Positions 17,418 through 27,015 of a DNA stretch of 64,000 bases are shown here, in pieces. Each line of letters begins with the position of its first letter. Position 1 is the first letter of the stretch. The notes under the pieces were generated by a model that was given only the letters and a program-made list of their open reading frames with translations, did not search any database and had not been told where the DNA came from. The stretch is from a bacterium (lineage in GTDB: Bacteria > UBA8248): contig OZ241326.1 in assembly GCA_965199855.1 (NCBI GenBank), forward strand, positions 96,001-160,000, given 5' to 3'. The position numbers and the translations under genes are program-made.

Positions 17418-18281
17418 TCAGGCGCTCTCCCGCGGAAGCCGCTCGATGGCGACCTCGGTCTCCAGGGCCGAGGCGGCCTCCCCCAGGAACACCCCCCGGC
17501 TCGGAGGGACGTCGGCGTAGTCGCGCCCCACCGCCACCCGCACGTGCCGCTCGTCTCCCTCCGTGTTGTTGGTCGGGTCGAAGCCGAGCCACCCCAGGCC
17601 GGGAAACCAGCACTCCACCCAGGCGTGGCTCTCGCCGCGCGCCGCGCCCTCCTCTTCCGGCCCCAGGTAGCCCGAAGCGTAGCGGCACGGAATCCCCCAC
17701 TCGCGCAGAATCGAGGCCATGACGTGGGCGTAGTCCTGGCAGACGCCCCGGCCGGTCTCCAGGATGCGCTCGATGGGCGAATCGGCGTCGGTGTGTCCCG
17801 GAACGTAGTCGAACGCCTCGTGCAGTTTGGCGCAGAGCTCCCGCGCGCTCGCGAGCGGATCGCCCCCCGGCCGGACGCCCCTGGCCGCCATGAACTTCTC
17901 GAGCGCCGGGCTCGGGCGGACGAAGCGGCTCGGCCGCGTCATCGGCCACAGCTCCGGCGTCTCCGCCGCGCGGCGCAGCGCCTCCTCCGCGCCCGGCTCC
18001 AGCCGATCCGGCGCGGGCGCGGGCGCCGCCGCCTCCACCGTCGAGCGCGCCGTCACCTCGAAGCGCTCGTGCGGGGCGGGACAATCCAGAAAATGCCCGA
18101 CGTTGCCGAACGGATCGGAGAACTCGAACAGGGGGGCCTCCGGGTCGGTCTGAACCGAGAACGCCAGGACGGCCTGGGCGCGGTCGCGGACGGGGCACAC
18201 GTAGAGCGTCATCACCGAGGCGCGCACCGGGGCGGCGTAGTCGAAGCGCATTCCGTGCTCGATTCGGTAGCGCGCGCTCAC
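17418..18281 (-). CDS. Transglutaminase-like protein
   Basis: YRIEH..Y, GVCQDYAH, SHAWVE, GFDPTN, GRDYADVPP. Confidence 0.9.
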   Translation of the reverse strand: MSARYRIEHGMRFDYAAPVRASVMTLYVCPVRDRAQAVLAFSVQTDPEAPLFEFSDPFGNVGHFLDCPAPHERFEVTARSTVEAAAPAPAPDRLEPGAEEALRRAAETPELWPMTRPSRFVRPSPALEKFMAARGVRPGGDPLASARELCAKLHEAFDYVPGHTDADSPIERILETGRGVCQDYAHVMASILREWGIPCRYASGYLGPEEEGAARGESHAWVECWFPGLGWLGFDPTNNTEGDERHVRVAVGRDYADVPPSRGVFLGEAASALETEVAIERLPRESA

Positions 18282-19231
18282 GCCGGCGCCTCCCCGCTCA
18301 GGGGGCGGCTGACGTAGGCCGCCATCACCAGGTCGTGCAGGGCGCGCGCGTCGCTCCACGTCGCGCGGAAGAACTCCTCCGCCTCCGCGGCGGCCCCCTC
18401 CATCTCGACCGCCGCCGTGAGGCGAAGCGCCATGCGGTGCGGGGGGGCGAGCGGGTAGCGGGCGCCCAGCGGATCGACGCCCGCGAGCAGCTCCTCGACC
18501 CGCTGGAGCGAGAAGCGGAGCGAGCGGGGCAGCTCCGGGTTCCGCGTGAGGAAGTCGAGCGCGTCGTCGCGGCGAACCCGCATGGAGCGGCTGCGGCAGT
18601 AGAGCTCGTAGGCGCCGCAGGCGTGAAGGAGGTCCGCCCAGGAGAGCGCCGCGCCGCCTCCCTCCTCGCGGGCGAATTCCACCCACGCGCCCAGGCGGGC
18701 GGCCTGGTGCTGCGCCCGCTCGATGAACCGGCCGAGTTCGAGAAAGCGCCAGGCGTCGTCGCGGGGCATCGCCGCGTCCACCACCCCCGCGAACAGCCTC
18801 ATGCGGTCGATCACCCCGCGCGCGAGGGCGGCCGGCTCCTCCGCCCACGCGGCGGCGAAGCCGGCTTCGCGCATCCACAGATAGCCCTGGTTGAGGCGCG
18901 TCCACGCCGGAAGCGGCAGCTGCGCCCGCACCCGCCGGGCGTTCTCGCGCGCCTGCCGCCAGCAGGGGAGGACGGCGTCGGGGTTCGCCCCCTCCTCCAT
19001 CAGGCCGCCGGCGAGGGTGTAGGCGTCGGGAATGAGGAACGCCTCGGCCTCCTCGCCTTCGGGCGGCGCCTGTCCGAGCGCGCGGTAGATCGCCCGCCAC
19101 CCGACGGCCAGCTCCTCGGCGGGGCGATCCGCCAGCCGCGCGAGCTGGTATTCGAGCAGCCGCGCCGTCTGCTCGATCCGCTCGACGCAGCGGCCCAGCC
19201 AGTAGAAGTCCGCGGCGACCCGCGCCAGCAT
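18278..19231 (-). CDS. Alpha-E domain protein
   Basis: MLARVA..YWLGRCVERIE..ARLL and LGRFIERA duplicated ER motifs; LPRSL. Confidence 0.88.
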   Translation of the reverse strand: MLARVAADFYWLGRCVERIEQTARLLEYQLARLADRPAEELAVGWRAIYRALGQAPPEGEEAEAFLIPDAYTLAGGLMEEGANPDAVLPCWRQARENARRVRAQLPLPAWTRLNQGYLWMREAGFAAAWAEEPAALARGVIDRMRLFAGVVDAAMPRDDAWRFLELGRFIERAQHQAARLGAWVEFAREEGGGAALSWADLLHACGAYELYCRSRSMRVRRDDALDFLTRNPELPRSLRFSLQRVEELLAGVDPLGARYPLAPPHRMALRLTAAVEMEGAAAEAEEFFRATWSDARALHDLVMAAYVSRPLSGEAPA

Positions 19232-19240
19232 GGCCAAGGG

Positions 19241-20710
19241 CTAGTCCTCCAGCACCCAGAGATCCTTGCAGCCGCCCCCCTGGCTGGAATTCACCACGAG
19301 GCTGCCCCGCCTGAGCGCCACCCGGCACAGCCCGCCCGGAACCACGCGCTGCCCGTCGCGCCCCTGGAGGACGAAGGGGCGCAGATCCACGTGGCGCGGC
19401 TCGATGCGCCCGTCCACGAAGCAGGGGGCGCGGGAGAGGTCGAGCGCGGGCTGGGAGATGAAGTTCGCGGGCTCCGCGCGCAGCCGCGCGGCGTATTCCT
19501 CGCGCTCGGCGGCCGAGGCGTGGGGCCCGACCAGCATCCCGTAGCCGCCCGCCCCGCCCACCTCCTTCACCACCAGCTCCTCCAGATGCTCCAGCGTGTA
19601 GGCCAGCCCTTCGGGCTCGCGGCAGAGGTGGGTCTCCACGTTCGCCAGAATCGGCTCCTCGTCCAGAAAATAGCGGATGATGCGCGGAACGTAGGCGTAG
19701 AGGCCCTTGTCGTCCGCCACGCCGGTGCCCGGCGCGTTGGCGAGGACGAGGTTGCCCGCCCGGTAGGCGTGGAACGTCCCCGCCGCCCCCAGGAGCGAAT
19801 CGGCGCGGAAGGTCACCGGGTCGAGAAAGTCGTCGTCCACGCGGCGGTAGAGCACGTCGATGCGCCGAAGCCCCGCCGTCGTGCGCGCGTAGAGGGCGGC
19901 GTCTCGCATCACGAGGTCGCTCCCCTCGACGATATCGACGCCCATCTCGCCGGCGAGGAAGGCGTGCTCGTAGTAGGCGGCATTGTACACCCCGGGGGTG
20001 AGTATCGCCACGTTCGGGCGCTCGGCGCGGCCGAGCGAGGCGAGGGTGGAGTAGAGGAGCTCGGCGTAGTCCGCCACCTCGCGCACCCGGTGCGCCCGGT
20101 AGAGCCTGGGCAGCGCGCTCTTGATGGCGCCGCGGCAGGCGAGCATGTAGGAGACGCCCGAGGGGACGCGCAGGTTGTCCTCCAGCACCGCGAAGCCCTC
20201 GCGGGTGCGGACGACGTCGGTTCCGCACACGGCGACGTAGACCCCGCGCGGAACCTCCAGCCCGCGCATCTCGACGCGGTATTGCGGACAGCCCAGCACC
20301 AGGTCGAGAGGGACGACCTTGTCCTTCAGGCAGCGGCCCTCGTGGTAGATGTCCCGCAGGAAGAGGTTGAGCGCGGCGAGGCGCTGCTTGAGGCCGCGCT
20401 CGAGATGCGCCCATTCGTCCGCCGTCAGGAGCCTCGGCACGCAGTCGATGGGGATGATGCGCTCGGTGGCCTCCTCCGCGTCCAGGACGGTGAAGGTGAT
20501 GCCCTCGTGCAGAAAGCGCCGATGGACGCCCTCCTGGAGCTGCTCCAGGTCCTCCGCGCCGAGTTCGGAGAGAGCGGCGTGGAGCGCGCCGAACCTCTCG
20601 CGCGGCGCGCCCCGCTCGTCGAACATGTTGTCGTAGAAGCGGGGCTCGACCTCGTATCCCGCGAAGGCGCCGCCCGCTTCGGCGGCCGGCTCTCGCGCTC
20701 CCTCTCTCAT
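19241..20710 (-). CDS. Circularly permuted type 2 ATP-grasp protein
   Basis: VLEDNLRVPSGVSY, YRRVDDDFLDP, GVADDK, HVDLRPF, VVNSSQGGGCKD. Confidence 0.92.
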   Translation of the reverse strand: MREGAREPAAEAGGAFAGYEVEPRFYDNMFDERGAPRERFGALHAALSELGAEDLEQLQEGVHRRFLHEGITFTVLDAEEATERIIPIDCVPRLLTADEWAHLERGLKQRLAALNLFLRDIYHEGRCLKDKVVPLDLVLGCPQYRVEMRGLEVPRGVYVAVCGTDVVRTREGFAVLEDNLRVPSGVSYMLACRGAIKSALPRLYRAHRVREVADYAELLYSTLASLGRAERPNVAILTPGVYNAAYYEHAFLAGEMGVDIVEGSDLVMRDAALYARTTAGLRRIDVLYRRVDDDFLDPVTFRADSLLGAAGTFHAYRAGNLVLANAPGTGVADDKGLYAYVPRIIRYFLDEEPILANVETHLCREPEGLAYTLEHLEELVVKEVGGAGGYGMLVGPHASAAEREEYAARLRAEPANFISQPALDLSRAPCFVDGRIEPRHVDLRPFVLQGRDGQRVVPGGLCRVALRRGSLVVNSSQGGGCKDLWVLED

Positions 20711-20842
20711 GCCTCCCTCCGGCCCGTCGTGGAGTCCGCGTTCAGTTCGGGGAGCAGTCTAGCGGCGAAGCGGGGAAGGGGCAAGGGGGGAGCGAAAATC
20801 TTCGAGGTGGGGGAAATGGAATGCAGCTCGAGCCAACACTGC

Positions 20843-22597
20843 TCAAGTCGCATTTATCAACCGAGCAATTCGTTCACGTAGCCGTTTGCGGCGAGATTGA
20901 TAAAATTTCTCGAAATCAGGAATCTTCTCGGGCACATCGCCAAGGTCATGTTTATCGCAGTAACGCCGACGCTCATCTTCCGTTGAAAATTTTTCCTCCA
21001 GCCAGTCCGCTGGCAATTTGGCTCGTTTTTCGTTGTTCTCGTTGCCGTCCAGAAGTTGCAGGTTGCCCAACCGATCTGCGTGGTCGCGAAACTCCTCCAT
21101 CTTTTCATCATTTATACCGGCCTTGCGAAGACGGTTTGGGCTAAAAGCACTGAAAGGAAACACATGATCAATATGAAAATGATTGCGCAAATCCATTGAG
21201 GGAAACAACAACGCCATGAGTGAGAAAAGATGGCGGTCGCTATATTTCGTATTTGCGAGTTCCTCTATTTCCTCTAATTCAAAATTGAGGCTCTTGCCGC
21301 TCCGTTCCATAACGGGGCGAACTTCTTTCTCTGGAAATTTGTCAAGGTTTTCACTCTGCATGGTCTCCCGAAGGCGCGTGAGCAATGTGTCGAGACCACT
21401 GCCCCAGATACCTGACTTCAGGAGAGAGCGCGTCAACCAATTTCGGATGGCGTCGCGATCGCCGTTGTAATTCCCGTGAGTCAGGAAACCTGAGGGCGAT
21501 TGGATTCGATAGAGATAGTAGGCGATCGGCAACAGCGAACTTTCCGCTCGGATAGTTTGGCCGTTGTAGCCGAAACTGGCCGCGAGTTCGACAGTCAAAA
21601 TGAGCGCGCGCCGAATTTTGGGCCAGTTCCTTTCAAGGACTTTCATGTTGTCATGCGTGAAATTCTCGACCTTGAAGCCGACGCTCGCGATATCAGACAG
21701 CATCAAGCCGGCTTTCAGAACGAAATCCTTGGAAAAATCAAAGCCGGAGCCAATCCGGTTCATCTCGTCCACCAATTGATGCACTTCCTTGCGCGCGTCC
21801 CGTTCCTGCCACTGGGATACGGCAATACTCAGCAGAAGGTCAGAGTATGAAAGGACTGTCCCCCCGCTGTTGCGGCGGATGAATATCTGGAGTACGCGTT
21901 CAAGCTTCTGACTTTTCTCTTCAAAAAAGACCACTGTTTGATCAGCGTGTATTGCCCGGTGCAACCGATCCAACGGGCGATAGGCGAGTTTATGTTTTTC
22001 CCCGTCATCAATGTTTTCGTGCAGCCAATCGTTCATTTCTGGCCCTGGACTCTTATCACCGAATTTCAAAATATCCGAAACTCGGAACCATAGCTCCTTA
22101 TCACCGCCCCCGATTCGATCTTCGTCCACAAATGCGAAGTCATAATGATTTCCTTCGTCATCCACATTTTGCGCCGCCAAAAGGTTCAGCGCGAGAACGC
22201 GGCGCGGGAATGCGTCTGACCTCTTCCACCATTTGTATGGCAACTTCATAGCCATTGAACCGCGAAGGCCGATGTTGAATGCCGTTAGACGCTGTTGACC
22301 GTCGAGAATCGCCGTCAAAGGCCGATCGCGAAGGATGCCAAGATCGGGGCAGTGCGGGTTATCCCGCTCGTGATAGTCGCACACGAATCCATAGACGCGG
22401 TATCGGTGAGAATTCTCCGATTTGACCTGCCAAAACAGGAACTCGCCAAACGGATACCCCTGCATCACGCTGTCGAACAATGAGCAAATCTGTTCGGGCC
22501 GCCAGACGAATTCGCGCTGAATCGCAGGAAGGACATAGGCTTGATCCGCGATCTGATCCACCGCTTCCTTGATGGTTCCGCCCTGCTGATATGCCAT
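20843..22597 (-). CDS. GmrSD-like DUF262 + DUF1524/HNH protein (putative type IV restriction nuclease)
   Basis: LPAIQREFVW, LDGQQR, FIRRNSGG; C-terminal IDHVFP..LGNLQLL..N; clearly lower GC than flanks. Confidence 0.88.
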   Translation of the reverse strand: MAYQQGGTIKEAVDQIADQAYVLPAIQREFVWRPEQICSLFDSVMQGYPFGEFLFWQVKSENSHRYRVYGFVCDYHERDNPHCPDLGILRDRPLTAILDGQQRLTAFNIGLRGSMAMKLPYKWWKRSDAFPRRVLALNLLAAQNVDDEGNHYDFAFVDEDRIGGGDKELWFRVSDILKFGDKSPGPEMNDWLHENIDDGEKHKLAYRPLDRLHRAIHADQTVVFFEEKSQKLERVLQIFIRRNSGGTVLSYSDLLLSIAVSQWQERDARKEVHQLVDEMNRIGSGFDFSKDFVLKAGLMLSDIASVGFKVENFTHDNMKVLERNWPKIRRALILTVELAASFGYNGQTIRAESSLLPIAYYLYRIQSPSGFLTHGNYNGDRDAIRNWLTRSLLKSGIWGSGLDTLLTRLRETMQSENLDKFPEKEVRPVMERSGKSLNFELEEIEELANTKYSDRHLFSLMALLFPSMDLRNHFHIDHVFPFSAFSPNRLRKAGINDEKMEEFRDHADRLGNLQLLDGNENNEKRAKLPADWLEEKFSTEDERRRYCDKHDLGDVPEKIPDFEKFYQSRRKRLRERIARLINAT

Positions 22598-22814
22598 CTT
22601 GATGCCCCATCATGGGAAAATGAAACTGCGCTTTTTCCCAGACTAAGAAAAGACGACCAGCAACGTCAAGCGTGAGAAGCGCAGAGGGCTCTTTTCATTA
22701 TCATCCGGTTGGAACGGCAGCCGCCGCCTTTGCGCTTCCGCGACGAAGGCCGCATAATCAGGATGCGATGGAAAAGCCGCTTCCGCATCTTTCGCGTCAG
22801 GAGGGCGCCGCGCC

Positions 22815-23213
22815 ATGAGCCGGACGCAATACGCGAACCCCCGCATGGAGAACGCGCCCGCGCCGCTCGCCGCCGCCCTGCGCGATCTGGAAGAGGCGCT
22901 GGACGAAGCCGCAGAGGAGGGCTTCCCCGCGCCGCAGGAGGCCGCCTTCGACAACGCGAGGCGGCTGCTGAGAGCGATGTACGCCATATCCCCGCGCCGC
23001 TTCGAGGTCTATCCCACGCCGGACGGCGAAATCGCCATCGACGCGCCCGACGGCAGGGGAAGTTCCGTGCTTCTGCTGTGCGACTCGGACGGCGGCGCGC
23101 TGTGCCTGGTCAACATGAAGGGCAGGCATCGCCGCGCGCGGTATTCCACCGCCGAGGCCCTTCCCGACGGGTTCGTGCGCGAGGCCATGGCGGAGCTCGA
23201 GCGGCAGGCTTAG
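22815..23213 (+). CDS. Hypothetical protein (candidate antitoxin)
   Basis: SD AGGAGG; host-like codon usage; GFPAP..A..NARRLL..VYPTPDGEI pattern. Confidence 0.7.
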   Translation: MSRTQYANPRMENAPAPLAAALRDLEEALDEAAEEGFPAPQEAAFDNARRLLRAMYAISPRRFEVYPTPDGEIAIDAPDGRGSSVLLLCDSDGGALCLVNMKGRHRRARYSTAEALPDGFVREAMAELERQA

Positions 23214-23223
23214 CCGATCCCGA

Positions 23224-23640
23224 ATGGAAGCACTCCGGGAAGTCGGAGACGCCGAGGAGCTCGGCCGCGGCGTGTTTTCGAGACGCAACGCTGAACGCGC
23301 GCGACGCTCAAGGGTTCCGTTTCGCGCGTTCCTGGAAAAACAAGGCGAGACGAAAATATCCGTTGACAGGCTGACCATGGCCCCGCCGGAGGAGGCGGCG
23401 GGCATCGCCTCCGCCGTGGGCGAGAAGCGCGGCGCCCCCTTCTATGGATGGGCTTTTCTCACCGCCTCCCGCGCCCGCGAGAACGGACGGGAAGCGGTCG
23501 CCTCGCCGATAGCAGACAACCCGCATCACGCCGATATCGTCCTGCCCCAGGTCGCCGCCGAGGACCGGGAGGAGCAGAAGCGGCACGCGCAGGAGCTGGC
23601 GGACGCCTCAAGCTGGCGAGAGCGGCCAACCTCCCCCTGA
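23224..23640 (+). CDS. Hypothetical protein (candidate ART/RES-like fold toxin)
   Basis: EELGR..AF..ISVDR..GWA..NPHHADI pattern; 10 bp after the upstream gene. Confidence 0.7.
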   Translation: MEALREVGDAEELGRGVFSRRNAERARRSRVPFRAFLEKQGETKISVDRLTMAPPEEAAGIASAVGEKRGAPFYGWAFLTASRARENGREAVASPIADNPHHADIVLPQVAAEDREEQKRHAQELADASSWRERPTSP

Positions 23641-23653
23641 AAAAGCCCCCCTC

Positions 23654-23878
23654 TCAGGGTCCCGGATACGCCTCTGGCGGCTTTTCCTCCCCGTCGGCTT
23701 TTTTCGACCTGGCGCGGCGGCGGGAGGCGAGGGCGTCCTCCTTCATGCGGGCGATGGCGTCCTCCTCGTCCCGGCGCCCGTAGGCGTTTCCCTTCTCGAA
23801 GGCGAGCCTGCCGAACAGGCGGCGCAGATTGCTTCTGGCGGCTTCCTCGTCCCCGGCGTTCTCTTTTCGGTCGCTCAT
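23654..23878 (-). CDS. Small hypothetical protein (74 aa)
   Basis: MSDRKENAG.. preceded by GGAGGGG SD; GC3-biased codons. Confidence 0.55.
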   Translation of the reverse strand: MSDRKENAGDEEAARSNLRRLFGRLAFEKGNAYGRRDEEDAIARMKEDALASRRRARSKKADGEEKPPEAYPGP

Positions 23879-23919
23879 GCGAATCCCCTCCCCCTGAATG
23901 CGCGAGGCGGCGCGGCGGG

Positions 23920-25029
23920 CTAAGCCCACGCTAGCCACCGCTCGCCAATCGCCATGATCTTCACGCGGGCGGCGTCCGCGCCCGTCCTCCCGATTTCCTC
24001 CCGCAGGACGCGGGGCGGCTCGTCGATGGGCTCGTCCGTCAGGTCGAAGGTTCCCCAGTGCATGGGAATCATCCAGCGCGCGCCCAGATCGCGAAGCGCC
24101 CGAAGCCCCTCGGCGGGGTTCATGTGAGGATAGCGCATCATCCATCGGGGGGCGTAGGCGCCGACGGAGAGCATCGCCGCGTCGATGGGGCCGAACCTGC
24201 GCCCGAACTCGCGGAACCCGTGAAAATAGCCGCTGTCGCCGCCGTGAAAATACCGCCGCCCGCCCGCCTCGATGAGCCAGGCGCACCACAGGGCGGCGTC
24301 GCGCCCCATGCCGACGCGGTTCGACCAGTGCTGCGCCGGCAGGCAGGTGAGGCGGACTTCCCCGTGCCGCGCGCTCTCCCACCAGTCGAGCTCCACGGCG
24401 CGCCGGCCCAGCGCGCGCACGAACTCCCCCAGCCCCGCCGGAACGAACCACGCCGTATCCTCCGGAAGATTCTCCACCGTCCAAGCGTCCAGGTGATCGT
24501 AATGGTTGTGGGAGATCGTCGCCGCCGCGCCCCCGGGGATGGAAGCCGGCGGAACGCCCGGGGGCTGAAGGCGTTCATACAGCAGCGCGCGGTCGCCGAA
24601 GTGGGGGTCGGTGAGGATGACGCTCTCCTCCTCCCGGATGACGAAGCCGCAATGCCCGACCCAGGTGATGGAGGGCGGCTCTTCCGGCCGGGAGAGATAC
24701 GCCCCGTCGTTGGGAACGACGGGAACCTCGGGCGTCCTGCTCCTCTTCACCGCCGCGAACTCGTTGCGATACAGGAACTTCCACTTGAGCAGGCTGATTC
24801 TGGAGCCCGGGCTCGGCCACCAGGGGTTGAACCACGCCCCCGGTGCCCCGTGCGGCCAGTAGAGGGATTCCGCCTCCCGGGAGAGGAGCCCCTGGCTCTC
24901 GGGCGAGGGCGGCGGAGGCGCCTTGACGCCCAGCCCCAGCCGCCCGCACCCGCCCGCCAGCCCCAGGGCGGCGAGGCCCGCAAGCCCCGCGCGCCCGAGA
25001 AACTTTCGCCTGGCGATTTTCGGCTTCAT
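23920..25029 (-). CDS. MBL-fold metallo-hydrolase (NAPE-PLD/RomA-like) with Tat/lipoprotein-type signal
   Basis: ARRKFL..LAGGC leader; SHNHYDHLD, PAQHWS, GDSGY, PMHWGTF. Confidence 0.88.
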   Translation of the reverse strand: MKPKIARRKFLGRAGLAGLAALGLAGGCGRLGLGVKAPPPPSPESQGLLSREAESLYWPHGAPGAWFNPWWPSPGSRISLLKWKFLYRNEFAAVKRSRTPEVPVVPNDGAYLSRPEEPPSITWVGHCGFVIREEESVILTDPHFGDRALLYERLQPPGVPPASIPGGAAATISHNHYDHLDAWTVENLPEDTAWFVPAGLGEFVRALGRRAVELDWWESARHGEVRLTCLPAQHWSNRVGMGRDAALWCAWLIEAGGRRYFHGGDSGYFHGFREFGRRFGPIDAAMLSVGAYAPRWMMRYPHMNPAEGLRALRDLGARWMIPMHWGTFDLTDEPIDEPPRVLREEIGRTGADAARVKIMAIGERWLAWA

Positions 25030-25056
25030 CCCCGGCTTCCGCGGCGGCGCGGAGCG

Positions 25057-25959
25057 TCAGTCGAGAGAGGCGAGCCACCCCGCGATGGCGCGGCCCATCT
25101 CGTCGGGAGAGTCCTCGTGGCAGTAGTGGAGGCCGGCGACCGACGCCTCCGTCACGTTCGGCCAGCCGCGCACCCGCTCCCGATGCGCGCCCACGAGCAC
25201 GGCGCCCGGCTCGGCGTTGATGAAGAGCTTGGGCGCGGGGTGCTGCTCCAGCCATGCGTTGTTGCGCTCGATGACTTCGAGAACGTCGGCCGGCTCGCCC
25301 TCGATGGGAATCTCGCGCGGCCAGGTCAGGGTGGGCCTCCTGTCCTCCCCGGGCCTCCGGTAGGGCCTGCGGTATTCGTCGTGAATCTCGCGGGAGACCT
25401 CCCGGATGACCATGGCGGGCAGAACCTTCTCCACGAACCAGTTGCGCCCGAGGACGAGCTCCTCGCCCTCCGCGCCCCGGAATCTCCTGAACAGCGCCTG
25501 AACCTCCGGCGGCCAGTGGCTCCACGCGAAGTCGCCGACCACCCCCTGGCAGACGACGACGCCCCTGAGCCTCTCCCGCCTCCGCGCCGCCCAGGTGAAG
25601 CCCAGCTGCGCCCCCCAGTCGTGCGTCACGATGACGAAGTTCTCCTCCACCCCCAGGGCGTCAAGCAGCGCGTTCGTGAAGGGCTGGTGATCGGCCAGCC
25701 GATACATGGAGCCTTCCAGCTTGTCGGAATCGCCCTGGCCCACGTTGTCGACGGCGACGCAGCGGCCCAGCCCCTCGACGTGGGGAATCACGTTGCGCCA
25801 CATGTAGGAGGAGGTGACGTTGCCGTGAAAAAAGACGATGGGCGCGCCCTCGCCCGCCTCCACGTAGGCCATCCGCTTCCCCAGAACCTCGACGAACCTC
25901 TTCTCATACCTCATGCGGGGCTCTATCGCCGCCGCTGCGCCGCCCGGCTCGCGCCTCAC
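25057..25959 (-). CDS. Haloalkane dehalogenase family protein (LinB/DhaA-like)
   Basis: HGNVTSSYMWRNVIPH, HDWG, RRPTLTWPREIP, GLHYCHEDSP. Confidence 0.88.
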   Translation of the reverse strand: MRREPGGAAAAIEPRMRYEKRFVEVLGKRMAYVEAGEGAPIVFFHGNVTSSYMWRNVIPHVEGLGRCVAVDNVGQGDSDKLEGSMYRLADHQPFTNALLDALGVEENFVIVTHDWGAQLGFTWAARRRERLRGVVVCQGVVGDFAWSHWPPEVQALFRRFRGAEGEELVLGRNWFVEKVLPAMVIREVSREIHDEYRRPYRRPGEDRRPTLTWPREIPIEGEPADVLEVIERNNAWLEQHPAPKLFINAEPGAVLVGAHRERVRGWPNVTEASVAGLHYCHEDSPDEMGRAIAGWLASLD

Positions 25960-27002
25960 TCGCCCACCTCCAGAACGAGCTTCCCGCGCGCATGGCCTTC
26001 CTCCAGGAGCCGATGCGCGCGGGCGACGTTCTCCGCGTTCATGCGCCCCATATCGGTCACCCCGGGCGGGCGGAGCTCCCCCGCCGCCACCCGGTCCCGA
26101 ACCTCCTCGAGCGCCTTCTTATAGACCCCGTAGAGGGCGGGGCCGCCCCCGCGGGCGGGGGCGCGCAGGAACACGCTGTGAAACGAGGCCGACTTGGTGA
26201 ACAGGGGGCCCGCCTGCGAGGAGAAGAACTCCTCGATGGGCGCGCCCGGCTCCGGGGCGATGGAGGTGATCCTCCCCCAGTAGTCCACCGCCTCGCAGCA
26301 GACCTTCTTCATCTCGCGGCCCACGAAGTCGAACGTGGCGGGGAACAGCCGCCCGCCGTTCATCTCCACCGCCCGCCGAGCAACCTCGGCCGCCGACAGC
26401 CCGGAATAGCGCAGCGCCCCGCCCGGGGCGCCGCCGAGGAGGCTCTCGACGTACGCGGCGCTCTCCTCGCTCCCCGCCGTGACCACGATGGGGGAGGCGC
26501 CCGCGCGCGCGAGCATCTGAAGCGCCATGCTCCCCACCCCGCCCGAGCCGCCCGCCACGAGCGCCGCCTCGCCCGGCCGGACTCCCGCCTTCATCACCAC
26601 GGCCTCGCGCGCCGTGAGCGAGACGAGCGGAAGAGCGGCCGCCTGGGCGAAGGTGACGCCCTCCGGCTTCTTCACGACGAAAGCGGCGGGAACGCAGACG
26701 AATTCCGCGTAGCCCTCCCCGCCGCTGTCGCCGAACCTCGGCAGATAGGCCATCACCTCGTCGCCGGGGGAGAACTCCCCGGCTTCCGCGCCCGCCGACT
26801 CCACCACCCCGGCGGCGTCGCGCCCCAGAACCATGGGAGCCGCCCCCTGGTTGCCGCCCCGCCTCGCCTTGAAGTCGGTCGGGTTCACGGAGATCGCCCG
26901 GCTGCGGATTTTCACCTCCCCGGGCGCGGGGTCTCTCTCGGGCCAATCGGCGTCCTCGAGGTTCTCCACCCCGCCGAACGCTCTCAGGACGACCGCACGC
27001 AT
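25956..27002 (-). CDS. MDR-family NADPH:quinone oxidoreductase
   Basis: AISVNPTD, LGRDAAG, AGGSGGVG, HARGKLVL. Confidence 0.85.
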   Translation of the reverse strand: MRAVVLRAFGGVENLEDADWPERDPAPGEVKIRSRAISVNPTDFKARRGGNQGAAPMVLGRDAAGVVESAGAEAGEFSPGDEVMAYLPRFGDSGGEGYAEFVCVPAAFVVKKPEGVTFAQAAALPLVSLTAREAVVMKAGVRPGEAALVAGGSGGVGSMALQMLARAGASPIVVTAGSEESAAYVESLLGGAPGGALRYSGLSAAEVARRAVEMNGGRLFPATFDFVGREMKKVCCEAVDYWGRITSIAPEPGAPIEEFFSSQAGPLFTKSASFHSVFLRAPARGGGPALYGVYKKALEEVRDRVAAGELRPPGVTDMGRMNAENVARAHRLLEEGHARGKLVLEVGE

Positions 27003-27015
27003 TCTCTCCTCCCCG

